From Asterionella formosa (taxonomy: Eukaryota), in NCBI GenBank assembly GCA_002256025.1, contig NKIB01015318.1, positions 1 through 36,567 of the forward strand: a stretch of DNA of 36,567 bases. The letters are read 5' to 3'. Of the stretch, positions 20,798 through 31,620 are shown piece by piece. The stretch's first letter is position 1. Each line of letters opens with the position of its first letter. The notes under the pieces were generated by a model that ran no database searches, had not been told where the DNA came from, and saw only the letters and a program-made list of their open reading frames with translations. The position numbers and the translations under genes were made by a program.

Positions 20798-23126
20798 AAT
20801 CAAAAAAGATGCATTATTAATTTCATTTTGATCCAAACAGATCCTAAGGCTGCACAATAATATCAGAGTCAGCCATAAATACCACAAAAGGCAAGGCCAA
20901 CACATGAGAGGCCAGTAAGTGCCTCATTGAAAGATCAAACCAAGTCATCTGCCTTCTCATCAGTTGTCAAGATGTGGGGACAGATTATTCACCAGTGCCA
21001 GAATATGGCATACACAGCACACATAAGTCCTTCTACTCTTGGTCAAGAGAGTGTATTCACTCTTTCCCTGCCTTGCAGCGCCAAAAGTCACCACGTTTGT
21101 TGGGTTAATATTTGGTAGGTTAAGAAAATTTATACAACCTGTCAAGGAAAGCGCCATGCGAGCTACCCTAGTACTATTACTTGAGTAGTCTTATGGAGCT
21201 TAACAAATGAGGATAACAAAAAAAGGATGTGAAAGTTGAGGAATGACATGATAACTGGTGTGAATTACTAAATTTTGGATATTTACTAATTTTACCATAA
21301 ATCCATTACTGCATAATATAAATAAAATCAGCCACTAGGTAAAGACAACTAGTACATAGAGCAAAATTAGGCAGGAACAAAGCCCCTCCATCATGTAGTA
21401 ACATGGCACCAACATTTTTTCATTCCCATCCACAATAAAAATAGGCAAGTCCCCTCCAGCATAGTATGACCTCAATTATAGAGAACACCGCAATGGTAAG
21501 CCGCTGCCGCAACTAGTACAAAAGGAAAAATGACCATCCTTAAAAGTCATAGTCAAATTTAACAGCAAGTTTCAATTTCAGGACTAGGAAGATTGCAATT
21601 TTCAAGTGGTCAATCGTTTTTGGAATTAAACATGAAGGTTGCTGAATTTATCAATTGGCCAAGCTCACTGGGAATTGCTCTCATTGAGTGACTGTTATCT
21701 ATGCTCGGACTTATAATAATTGGAAGTGTTTTCCAGTAAACCAATCTCCTCATCAAGAAAATGCATGGTTGCGATATAATCATGTATACATGATTCTGTC
21801 AGTTATAACTCTAGCTATGTGGACAGTAGTCTGTTACATTTTCGTATCTTCTTCTATGCTGAATCTCAATAGTAGATGTAGTATCATGTGAGAATTGAAA
21901 ATGTCAACGAGAACAAGTAGAATGTGTTTGCTTACGGGTTGATTGGCGAGATTGTAATGCTGGTGGTTGACAAAACGGATTTACTTTGTGTGCTGTGTGC
22001 GGAACCATTACGAGTTCGAATGATTTCTTCTCTGTTACTCTTAATTGAATGATTATGCATGAACAAATGTTCACTGCACATGACGATTACTCAAAGATAT
22101 AATGATCACATGACCAACAATTGAAGACGTCGTTATCGCAAACAATCATTCCACTTGTCATCGCTAGAATTTCGTTGTTGTTGCAAAAATCAGAGTGATG
22201 ACGGATGGAAATGACAAGCCAAATTACATTACTTCAGCTGGTACATTATCCTACCAAGAAATTCGAATACAGGAATCTAATGGAAACAATACATATAATA
22301 ATTAAATATATGCAGTCAAAAGGGTTACTATTTAAATTACAAGGGCATTTATCAAAATTATTAGATGATACAAAGAAAAATTATGATCAGATGATCACAA
22401 TCCTATGATGCATCATGGAAATATGATAGTTTTTATTTGCAGACGTTTACTTAAAAAAAATGGACTGCGGAAATTGGAAGGGAGTAGGATGCATGAACCT
22501 CGTGAAGGCATGACATGATGGGCCGGTTTTCTGTAAAGTTTCGACAGCAATTCCTCTTCACAACGATCCTTCTCATCAACCATGTCAAGTCTTACACAAA
22601 CTCTGTTCATTGATGACTCAAGTATCGACTCTTCATCTAATGGATGTGGCTGGTTGTTGGATAATTCGACTTCTGGTGCTGGGATTCATGTCATCGCATC
22701 ATATGGCGCCAAAATTTCTGTTCCTTCCATTTGCACTCATGGTCCTTGCCCAACCAGCCGAACAGATCTCTCAAACACAGTGTTGAGGAAGTCACATCAA
22801 CAAGTGAATATTATCAACGCTATGGTGACATTGTGTTTGGCTCAAAGTTTCATTTCATCAAATTAGGCCAATCAACCAAGAGCTTGTTGCTGATCACTGT
22901 TTGAAGAAGAATCCATTGATCTTAAAAGCCATTATCACCCTTGGAGAAATAATCATGAATGGCTCAATAAGAATCTGACCGCTACCCTCACTCCTGTGAA
23001 GTTTTGCAAAATCCTACGATAATAAAGGAAGCAAGGAACGCCGATGAGTCTTGCTACTGCGGGCATAGACTAGCAGAGTGACAATATGATGCATGCAGGT
23101 GAATGAAATTGTTGAGTGATCTCACG

Positions 23127-23438
23127 AGTAACGAAAGTGTGCATGAGTGGTGTACATATGATTATTATTTCATAGCCGGTAATAGAACCGTTACCATGGA
23201 ATATCATAAGATGATGTCAGAATTGGATATTTGGTTTTGAATCAAATATACCGCCATCATTACCTGTACCACCATCACTTCCGGTCTATAATATATAGCT
23301 CACAATTTCTAATAAATACTTTAGGAATTAGTTGTCATTACAAACCTTCCGCTTCTACAAGTTAGAACAACCTCAAGAGTCTACTTCATCCTGCCTCATT
23401 GCAAGAGCTGTCGTCAGTAATATTCATCTATAACAAGT
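23127..23438 (+). repeat. 5' LTR
   Basis: AGTAACGAAAG...CATCTATAACAAGT; about 7 mismatches counted by eye against 29054-29365. Confidence 0.93.
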
Positions 23439-23449
23439 GGTTATGAGCC
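23439..23449 (+). promoter_or_regulatory. Primer-binding site complementary to the tRNA-iMet anticodon arm
   Basis: GGTTATGAGCC directly abuts the LTR and is the reverse complement of GGCTCATAACC; same type as Ty5 and Drosophila copia. Confidence 0.8.
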
Positions 23450-23502
23450 TAACATTATAAGAGAATATATAAAGCTTCCATCAGATTACAAGATCAACAA
23501 CC

Positions 23503-24830
23503 ATGTCAAATCCAGTAAATCTTCCAAACTTTCCCCCTCAAAGAGGAGGTATTCATACCACATATGGCATCTTCATTGGAGGTGCTCAACTTGATGACAC
23601 TTACCACCTTCTACCAAACCGAAGCGCTTATCGACTCTTGACGCAACCTCGTCATGAAAAAACGATTGCTTCCATTGAACAGAAGCTCAGAGATGCACGC
23701 GATTCTGTAACCACTGTCAAGTTCAGTGGACAACTTGAAGCAACTGCTGGACTGTCTACTGAGATAGGAAAAGAAAAATTCATCAGTATGTTGAAAGAAA
23801 AGGTGAAAGAGCATGGCCAACATACCTTGAGCTTCTATGCAATCAAAGACAATGATAGAACAGTCGTTGACCTATTCGAACACTCTCATCGCTTCAAATT
23901 TGTCACTGTTGTGGATGAGTTTGCTCGTCGCGCAGAGACAACCAATGCTGACTTCGAAGCATATGATCAGTATGAGTTAGAAGATGTTGAATTGTCACGC
24001 ATGCTCGCGCGTGTTTTCTCTAATTACCTCGACCTTCCATGAGAAAATGGTAATCAGATTTGACCATCGAGTCAATTTTGAGTACCTCTCCGGTGCTTGT
24101 CAATTCATGATGGCCTTAGAAACCTGCAATGCATCCGTCTCCCATGATGTCGAAGGGGCACGCAACCAACTTCACGGCCTCACTCTTGACTCCTATCTGG
24201 GTGAAAATGTGACGGATTTTACCACTGAAGCACAACGTCTTATCAAAATCATGCAAGGTGACTACGCATTGCCTGTCAATACTGGTTCCAAATTGATTCA
24301 GAAGGTCACAAAAACTTCGTGTGAGTACTTCAATCGTAAAATGTACACCCTCCTTGATGAAGTCAAAACACTTGAGCATGAGTACAAACTGTCCGATCCT
24401 AAGACACTCACCAAGGACCCAAAATACGCCAAGTTTGGCCCACTGGGAGTCATTGCAATTTTGCAAGCATCTCATGGAGCTCTTCTATCTGAACTTGATT
24501 GGCCTGCTCTGGCAACCAAACTCCCAGAAGCCAATCTCTCGATGAACACCAGTGCAAACACCCGCACCTGCTATCGCTGTGGAAGTGTTGATCATCTCTC
24601 TTGTGACTGTCCCCAACCTCTTGCTGGCGTATCCAACACTCGTAAACATTCTGCTGCTCTGGCTGATTGGAAAAACGTCAAGCCAGCTATCCTTACTACA
24701 AACAAAACTGATGACCTTCGACAAGTTTGGAAATTCTGCACAAAGTGAAAGTGTCGGGGGGCCACCAACAAGATTGGGTATTATCAGTTTTGTCACTTGG
24801 ACTCGGCTCACCTTGATAACTATCGTGCCC
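23503..24830 (+). pseudogene. gag: Copia gag, disrupted
   Basis: ORFs 23503-24042 and 23984-24748 overlap in different frames. Zinc knuckle CYRCGSVDHLSCDC; premature stop in WKFCTK*KC. Confidence 0.8.
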
Positions 24831-25276
24831 GTCAGCGAGCTGCTGCAACCAATCAACCTGCCAGCTCCGTTTTGGACACCACCAATGGTCCCACATCACA
24901 CGAAACTGCTCCACCAGACACTCCACAGAGTAATTTTTCAGCAGTTGCCAACCCTAACCCCATTCCTGCCGGTCCTCCTGATATCACTACCCCTACTCCT
25001 TCCACGACTACCACTGAACCACTCGACGATATGACCTTTACTGGGGCATGGTGTGCTCCTGTTATCTATCCACTTGATGTCGACGTGTCTGTTCGCGGGT
25101 ACACTCCTACTCCAGCTACCTTCAGAAAGAGCGAAACAAACGTGAACACTTCTGTCATTGAGAGGGAGAATAAAAATAACATTGTGTGTGAGACACATGC
25201 AAATCTGGAGTGCAACAACAATGATTGCTGGGGAGGACCTGAAACTGCCAAGTGACTCGACTCAACAACTCAAGTT

Positions 25277-26200
25277 ATGGATGTTCTTACCGATATCGAT
25301 ATCTTAGCACATAACCCGTACTCTTTGTTCACAATGGCAAACACAACGTCAGCAGTAATCTTCGATACAGGAGCATCATTGGGAATTACACACGACATAC
25401 AAGACTTTGATGGGCCACTTACGATTCCAGACTGTGATCTTCGACTTGGTGGTATGGCCAACGGATTGAAAATAGAGGGAATTGGACCAGTTACATGGAC
25501 ATTCAGCAACAAAGATGGCACAGAAGTGCAGATTCGCAGCCAATGCAACTATGTCCGCCAATGCAACTATGTCCCTCAATCCAAAATGAGACTGATTAGT
25601 CCAAAAAGTCTGTTCAATAAAGAAAAAGGAGTAAACGGATGGTACAAGGGTGATGAAGAATCATTCAGGCTTCAATTCGACGGGTGTCCTTGTCTGATTG
25701 TTGAGTATGACCCCAGAAATCACCTCCCAATTGGGCAAGCCAGGATTGGTGGATCGGGAATGTTACCGCAGGTGAACTTTGCCTTAACCAACGAGGGAAA
25801 TCAAAACATTAGTGCTGGTCAAAAACTTCTTTTAAATTGGCATTTTCGCTTCAGACACTTAAACTTACCAGCAGTTCAACGAATACTGCGTGGATTCCCA
25901 TTCACCGCCAATCGATTCGCCTCAGCATCCAAATTCAATGCATTTGAGGACCTAAAATGCGAGATCTGTCAATACTCTAAAGGACACCGTCGTCCAACAC
26001 ATTCTTCCACAATCATCGCAAATCCTGAACGAACTGGCGCACTGAAGGCTGAACAGCATCTTGGACCTGGTGTTAGAGTTTCCGTTGATCACTTCGAATC
26101 TCGCCTTTCAGGACGCACCATTGACTCCTATGGAAAACCATCAGCAGAAACCTACAAAGGGGGCTGCATATTTGTGGATCATGGCACCGGATACATTCAG
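25277..26200 (+). pseudogene. pol: Copia protease and N-terminal part of integrase
   Basis: VIFDTGAS (aspartic protease), WHFRFRHL...CEICQYSK (HHCC), VSVDHFES and CIFVDHGTGYI. The rest of the DDE core appears deleted near 26200. Confidence 0.85.
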
Positions 26201-26849
26201 ACAGTTTCTCCACGGTGGCGTCAATTGGAAATGATGAAGACCCTCCTGAATACTGGGATGATTTGTGTCTGGAAAATACAACCTACATACCGAAGGATTC
26301 AAACAATGAAACACCCATGCATCTTCAAGACGAATGGCTCACTTCAGATGAACAAGCACAACAACAGAGGGAGCTGCATCGACAATAGCGGATTTGTACC
26401 ACTTTTCCCCCACACACTCAATTACGGCAGCTTTACAACCTGAAGGACCATCAACACCAGCAGAACAAAATATCGGCATTTTAGAGGGAGCATCTGCTCC
26501 AATACCTCCTCCTAAAACACTTGTTCCAATCAGCACTGATAGTGCACACACAAAACACATACCAGATTCTATTGCAATTAATCCTATTGCAAGTTCACCC
26601 CACTCTTCACCACCAGTGCCAGCAGTTCGACGATCTGAAAGAACAAATAAGGGTCAGTATAATCGTACAAAATATATTGACAAAGTATATTTGACTATGC
26701 TGGATCAAACCAAGCATGACAATTTCTACAAGAAACAACTGGCATATTCAGCAGAATTACTTACCTGTTTTGACACAGAAGTTCACAACATTACTGACCC
26801 TCAATTGTATGCAGCCAAAACACGCCGCAAAGATGACCCTGATTCTCCA

Positions 26850-27357
26850 ACGTTTCATCAGGCTATTCATGGCGAAAATTCAGAAGAGTACATTAAATCC
26901 ATGCAAATAGAGATTGCAACACTCATTCTTCAACGAACGTGGGAATCTGTGCCAAAAACTGCAAACCTCAATATATTAAAAGGTAGATGGGTATTCAAAC
27001 TGAAACGGCTCCCAGACGGCACACCTTATCGCTTCAAAGCACGCTTTTGTGCAAGAGGAGATCTCCAAAAGGAGGGCATTGACTTCTTCGAGACCTATGC
27101 ACCTTTTATCCTTTGGTCTACCATCCGCTTGCTATTGTTAACTGTTCTCACTGAGGGCTGGTCAACCCGTCAAGTCGACTACACCAACGCATTTGCTCAA
27201 GCCGATCTCAAAGAAGAAGTATATCTGGAATACCCTTGCATGTTTGGACCCAAGTCCGGCACCAATAAAGTGTTGCGACTGCTAAAAATTCTATATGGAC
27301 TTCGTCAAGCTCCTCGCACCTTCTTTGAGAAACTTCGGGAGGGACTTTTGGAACGTG
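26850..27357 (+). pseudogene. pol: Copia reverse transcriptase, N-terminal half
   Basis: WVFKLKRLPDG..RFKARFCARGDLQKEGIDFFETYAP, QVDYTNAFAQA, LYGLRQAPR; ends at a nested insertion before the YVDD motif. Confidence 0.9.
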
Positions 27358-27359
27358 TG

Positions 27360-28390
27360 TACACTCGGTCCATTACACTTTTTGCATAAAGTGTCCGAAA
27401 ATGCACAATGAGTTAGTCCTTGTCGGGGGAACTCGGGATTACTTTTTTTGACTAAATTTGTAGCAAATCAATATGAATTTCTATCATTGATAGAAACTTT
27501 TCCTAACTAAGTTTTCAATGACTCTTTTTACTCAGTATATTGAAAGTCGAAAAATAAAAATATGATTGTACTACTGTACATTTTGTCGAGAAATCGGATG
27601 CATACTGTATCAGATGTACTTAAGTTTTCGAGATAGAACACATCATACATGCAACAGACCTTGTATTTACTTTGTACATTCCGTATATAGCATTACATAT
27701 TACCGGTACATATGCTTGGCATACATACTACTGGGTATGTACTTCCAGTACTTGCATGTTTGTTTGTACAGCTGCCTGTGGTATGGGGTCGATGAGACAG
27801 CAACTCCATCTTGACCATGACGAAATTATAGGTTTGAATATCTTCACGAATATTGACAATGAACAATTGCTATTTCGCAGGTGTATGAAGACTAACATAG
27901 ACGAGATTATCGTTCAAAACTAAATTTTTTTGCACTAGTATTGACAACAAAAAGTTAAAATCGTCGCTGAAAGTTGTTTTTGGTCGTCATTTGCTCAGTT
28001 TTGAAGCCATGACCAAAGTAGCGACAGTTTTGAGTCCGCGATGATTAGCTTGATAACTTTGAATAGATAAGGATTTCTATGTTTTGTAGAAATAGATGAG
28101 AAAACCTGAGCGACAGTATTCTCGGAGAGGGAACAACATTTCAAGATGCAACAAATTCCTCAATGTCAGTTTTGTAGTGACTTTGATGTACACACTAATT
28201 GTCGTGGTGTATATTTCTATGGAATCTTGATAAGTTAATTTGACAGCTTACTATTGACATACTCTAAGCCATTCAACAATAGAATGCTTGTTCTTTACGC
28301 GAATAAAAACTTCGCATTGCGGAAATGATCTCGAACTCCCCAGACTGACGTTTTATGCATTTTCCGACACTTTTATGCAAAAAATGTATA
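27360..28390. mobile_element. Non-autonomous inverted-repeat DNA element nested in the Copia RT
   Basis: TACACTTTTTGCATAAAGTGTCCGAAAATGCA (27374-27405) is inverted at 28356-28388, with further imperfect pairing of 27417-27449 with 28321-28349. AT-rich interior, no credible ORF. Confidence 0.75.
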
Positions 28391-28518
28391 CTTTCCTTTG
28401 TAGTACTGTAGTAGTCTTTCTTAAACTCGCCTTTATACTTGGCAAAAAGGTTTTTTTAATATACCAGGTACTTATCAGTAATAGTTAGGATTATTTGAAA
28501 TACTGGCGGTGCTCCAGA

Positions 28519-28576
28519 GTATTATATTATATAATATATATCTATATATACATTATATATACATATATATATATAC
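28519..28576. repeat. Imperfect (TA)n microsatellite
   Basis: TATATTATATAATATATATCTATATATACATTATATATACATATATATATATA. Confidence 0.85.
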
Positions 28577-28584
28577 ACGGCTGG

Positions 28585-29025
28585 ATGCAGACTCGGATTG
28601 CCTTGAGTACCATGGAGGCCAAATATGTGGCTCTTTCTCAGGCGATGCGTGACCTCATTCCAATTCGTGAAATACTCAAAGAATTTATGGCCATTGTATT
28701 CGAAATTCAACCAAGTATTGCATATCATGCGCATTCCAAATCATTCAGTAATGTTGCGGAGGGTACTGTTCCTTATCATGCCATCGATCACTCAATTCTC
28801 TATGAGGATTTCCATGATTGTCTAAAATTTGCGCGCATGATGGCACAACTATCTCCTTGCACCAAACACATCGGCATTCCATATCACTGGTTTTGCACGA
28901 AGATTGTCAACCTTGATATCCATATCGAACCTATTGACACCAAAGACCAGCTCGCCGATCAGTTCACCAAAGGTCTTTGCACTGTCAAATTTCAGGCTGC
29001 TCGGCTGCTTCTTATGGGTTGGTGA
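28585..29025 (+). pseudogene. pol: Copia RNase H
   Basis: QTRIALSTMEAKYVALSQAMRDL, YED, TKHIGIPYHWF, DQLADQFTKGL, terminal LMGW. Confidence 0.9.
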
Positions 29026-29044
29026 CCCCAACTCTTTTTTGGTT

Positions 29045-29053
29045 GAGAGGGAG
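29045..29053 (+). promoter_or_regulatory. Polypurine tract
   Basis: GAGAGGGAG immediately before the 3' LTR. Confidence 0.75.
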
Positions 29054-29365
29054 AGTAACGAAAGTATGCATGAGTGGTGCACATATGATAATTATTTCAT
29101 AGCCGGTTATAGAACCGTTACCATGGAATATCATAAGATGATGTCAGAATTGGACATTTGGTTTTGAATCAAATATACTGCCATCATTACCTGTACCACC
29201 ATCACTTCCGGTCTATAATATATAGCTCACAATTTCTAATAAATACTTTAGGAATTAGTTGTCATTACAAACCTTCCGCTTCTACAAGTTAGAACAACCT
29301 CAAGAGTCTACTTCATCCTGCCTCATTGCAAGAGCTGTCGACAGTAATATTCATCTATAACAAGT
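29054..29365 (+). repeat. 3' LTR
   Basis: Same length (312 bp) and termini as the 5' LTR. Confidence 0.93.
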
Positions 29366-29580
29366 TCACAGATCCATCGACTAATTCTAGTAGACTAAAT
29401 GTCTATAGTCCTCGACCCGGCAATGGATCCGCGAGATCACGGGAAGGAACCAGGTACCTGGAGTAACAAGTGCAAAGAAAAGCGCCATTGGGTAATGGCC
29501 GTTGTGACGGCAAAACAACAGGCATTTTTGCGCGAAGGGTTAGGGTTATCCTTTGTATTAGGTCTACACCACCCTACCCG
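29366..29580 (+). repeat. Dispersed TTAGGG-containing repeat, right part of the copy split by Copia
   Basis: Colinear with about 2071-2262; the left part lies at about 23102-23126. Confidence 0.8.
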
Positions 29581-29684
29581 GTATGCGATGTTCCCAAATT
29601 TTCACCCAGCAGTACCGTATTGGATTTTTTCGTGCTTGAAGACCTATTTCACAATTATAATCATCGATTCCAACAATACCTTGA

Positions 29685-31568
29685 ATGCCTCAGTTCGCCC
29701 GAAGACAGCGAGAGCTGATGAGGGGGGAGCTGCCTCTGTCCAAGCGTCCAGCATGGAAAGAGCGAAAGGCAGTTTTGGACCATCGTCTCAAAGATCTGCT
29801 TGTCTTTGAGCTCACCATGGAAGGCAATCACGAGTACAAGACGGTGACTCTGCGCGGGCTTTACAATTATGTACTCAATGTCATCACAACAAGACCACGG
29901 GGGTTACACGCAAACCAAAGACATACTGCGACTGAGCTGAATGCAAAACCGCCGAAATATTCCGTCACCTCGGATAGACATCGACGAGGTACGATTGACT
30001 TCGAGGGTGAGATGGAATGGAATTCGCTCGCTTCAGGTGTTTCAGCTGACGAAGGAAAGCGAGATTCCGAAGACAAAGAAACGGATGTACCCCAGCTTCC
30101 TATTCAACGGCTAGGAAGCTTTGGATTAGAATCCTACGCCTCTGATGGACAAGAAGAGCCCATTTCTATCATTGCCGACGATGGTGAAGGAAACAAGAAA
30201 CGAGTCAGTTTCAGTACAGATGCACGAGGCGATATCTTGATCCAAGATTTTATTTACGAGGGGCCCAAGACAAATAAAGTGCGGAAGGGAAGATCGAAGA
30301 CTGTTTCTGAGCCCATTCTATCGACCCATCACTTTACACACCGCGAACGTCTCGGTGGGTACTTGCACCCCCGTGATATGCGTCGATTAGTGACACCCTT
30401 TTCAGCAACCAACGAGCCTGAGCTTATTGTACGAAGACATGTAATGTTACTCAACATGGACCCTCTTCGAGCAATCGTCCTCAGAGATCGATTGCTTGTT
30501 ATAGTCCCGAATGGCGCCGACTCCATTCTAGAACAACTGGAAAAACGAGTTCGAGGGGGTTTGCAGGAAATGGAAAGATCGGTCTTTGAAGACAGCGAGT
30601 CTGGCGAGACTAATCGAATGATCATGGAACATACTGGTATTCAAACCGTCAGAGACACTTCCTCACCAATTCAGGCAGACCCTAGCAGCTCGACCTTGGA
30701 CATGGATTTGGCCGTCAAAGAGAAGGAATTACGACAACTTCTTGCTGCAAGAAAGTCGCAAGGTAAAAAGGAGGAAACGGAAACGGACACCGGAACCGAA
30801 ATTAACGATGACTCCGTCGATGATGACGATGAATGGCTTGACATGGATAAACGTGAGTGGATCGATATGGCTTTTGAGCTTCAGAGTGTCGATGCCGTGT
30901 TACATGTCGTTTGTAAGATGCTTTTTGAGGAAGCAAACGATCTTCAGGAAATCGCCTTAGATTCTATGGATTCACTGCTGAGCGGGAAATCAAATTCAGA
31001 TGGTGAACATGGCCATGATGTCCTTCGACGGCTGAAGAATGAAACATCGCAGATGAGCTCGCGAGTACTGGGTTTTACGCGCGCACTGAATCTTGTTCTT
31101 GATGACGATGAAGATCTTGCTCTCATGAACCTCTCCAGGCTCATTTCACACCCTGAAAGGTTCATTCTACCAGTTTCCGAAAAAGTTCTACATGAGGAGT
31201 CTGATGAACCAGAACTCATTCTTGAGGCTTACTTGCAACAAGCGTTGAGCACTACAAATGCTCTTGACTCTGTCAGAAACGAGTTAAATACTACCGAAGA
31301 ATTGATGAACATGCAATTAGACGCGGTTCGCAATCGATTGTTGTACATCAATACAGTTACAGCATTTATGACACTTGCTGTCACTATTGGTTCATTTATC
31401 GGTTCTATCTTTGGAATGAATTTGATAAACCCTTTGGAAGAGCATCAACATGGTGCTCCAACGATGTGGAATCAAGTGGTTATGACAACTTGCGTTGGAG
31501 CATTTGGCCTGTTTGTTCTCATGATGGTTGCGTTTGCTCGAGCTGCAAGTCTCCCTTCATTTCATTAG
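29685..31568 (+). CDS. MRS2: MRS2/CorA-family magnesium transporter, paralog B
   Basis: 627 aa, colinear with 10348-12213, same motifs including IFGMNL and two TM helices. Confidence 0.92.
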   Translation: MPQFARRQRELMRGELPLSKRPAWKERKAVLDHRLKDLLVFELTMEGNHEYKTVTLRGLYNYVLNVITTRPRGLHANQRHTATELNAKPPKYSVTSDRHRRGTIDFEGEMEWNSLASGVSADEGKRDSEDKETDVPQLPIQRLGSFGLESYASDGQEEPISIIADDGEGNKKRVSFSTDARGDILIQDFIYEGPKTNKVRKGRSKTVSEPILSTHHFTHRERLGGYLHPRDMRRLVTPFSATNEPELIVRRHVMLLNMDPLRAIVLRDRLLVIVPNGADSILEQLEKRVRGGLQEMERSVFEDSESGETNRMIMEHTGIQTVRDTSSPIQADPSSSTLDMDLAVKEKELRQLLAARKSQGKKEETETDTGTEINDDSVDDDDEWLDMDKREWIDMAFELQSVDAVLHVVCKMLFEEANDLQEIALDSMDSLLSGKSNSDGEHGHDVLRRLKNETSQMSSRVLGFTRALNLVLDDDEDLALMNLSRLISHPERFILPVSEKVLHEESDEPELILEAYLQQALSTTNALDSVRNELNTTEELMNMQLDAVRNRLLYINTVTAFMTLAVTIGSFIGSIFGMNLINPLEEHQHGAPTMWNQVVMTTCVGAFGLFVLMMVAFARAASLPSFH

Positions 31569-31620
31569 AGACAATCGATCATGTTCTTTACTGTTTTTCT
31601 TGGCAAGTGCACTTCCGGAT

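Larger units (their letters stand above)
23127..29365 (+). mobile_element. Ty1/Copia LTR retrotransposon (CoDi-like), defective
   Basis: Two 312-bp LTRs, PBS, gag-PR-IN-RT-RH domain order, PPT, and a 5-bp TSD TCACG (23122-23126) / TCACA (29366-29370). Confidence 0.95.

Noticed and set aside
13898..21170. One large hAT-like element from TAGGGAAGC (13898) to GCTACCCTA (21170)
   Set aside because: The match is only 8 of 9 bp and the flanks (AACCACAC vs GTACTATT) give no TSD.
21900..22950. Minus-strand coding-like fragments
   Set aside because: Multiple stops and no motif that could be assigned.
23110..23435. Canonical TGTTG...TAACA LTR boundaries
   Set aside because: 23110-23125 is not shared with the 3' LTR, belongs to the interrupted host repeat, and gives no TSD.
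25539..25574. 18-bp tandem duplication (QCNYVR/QCNYVP)
   Set aside because: Real, but best explained as slippage in a dead element.
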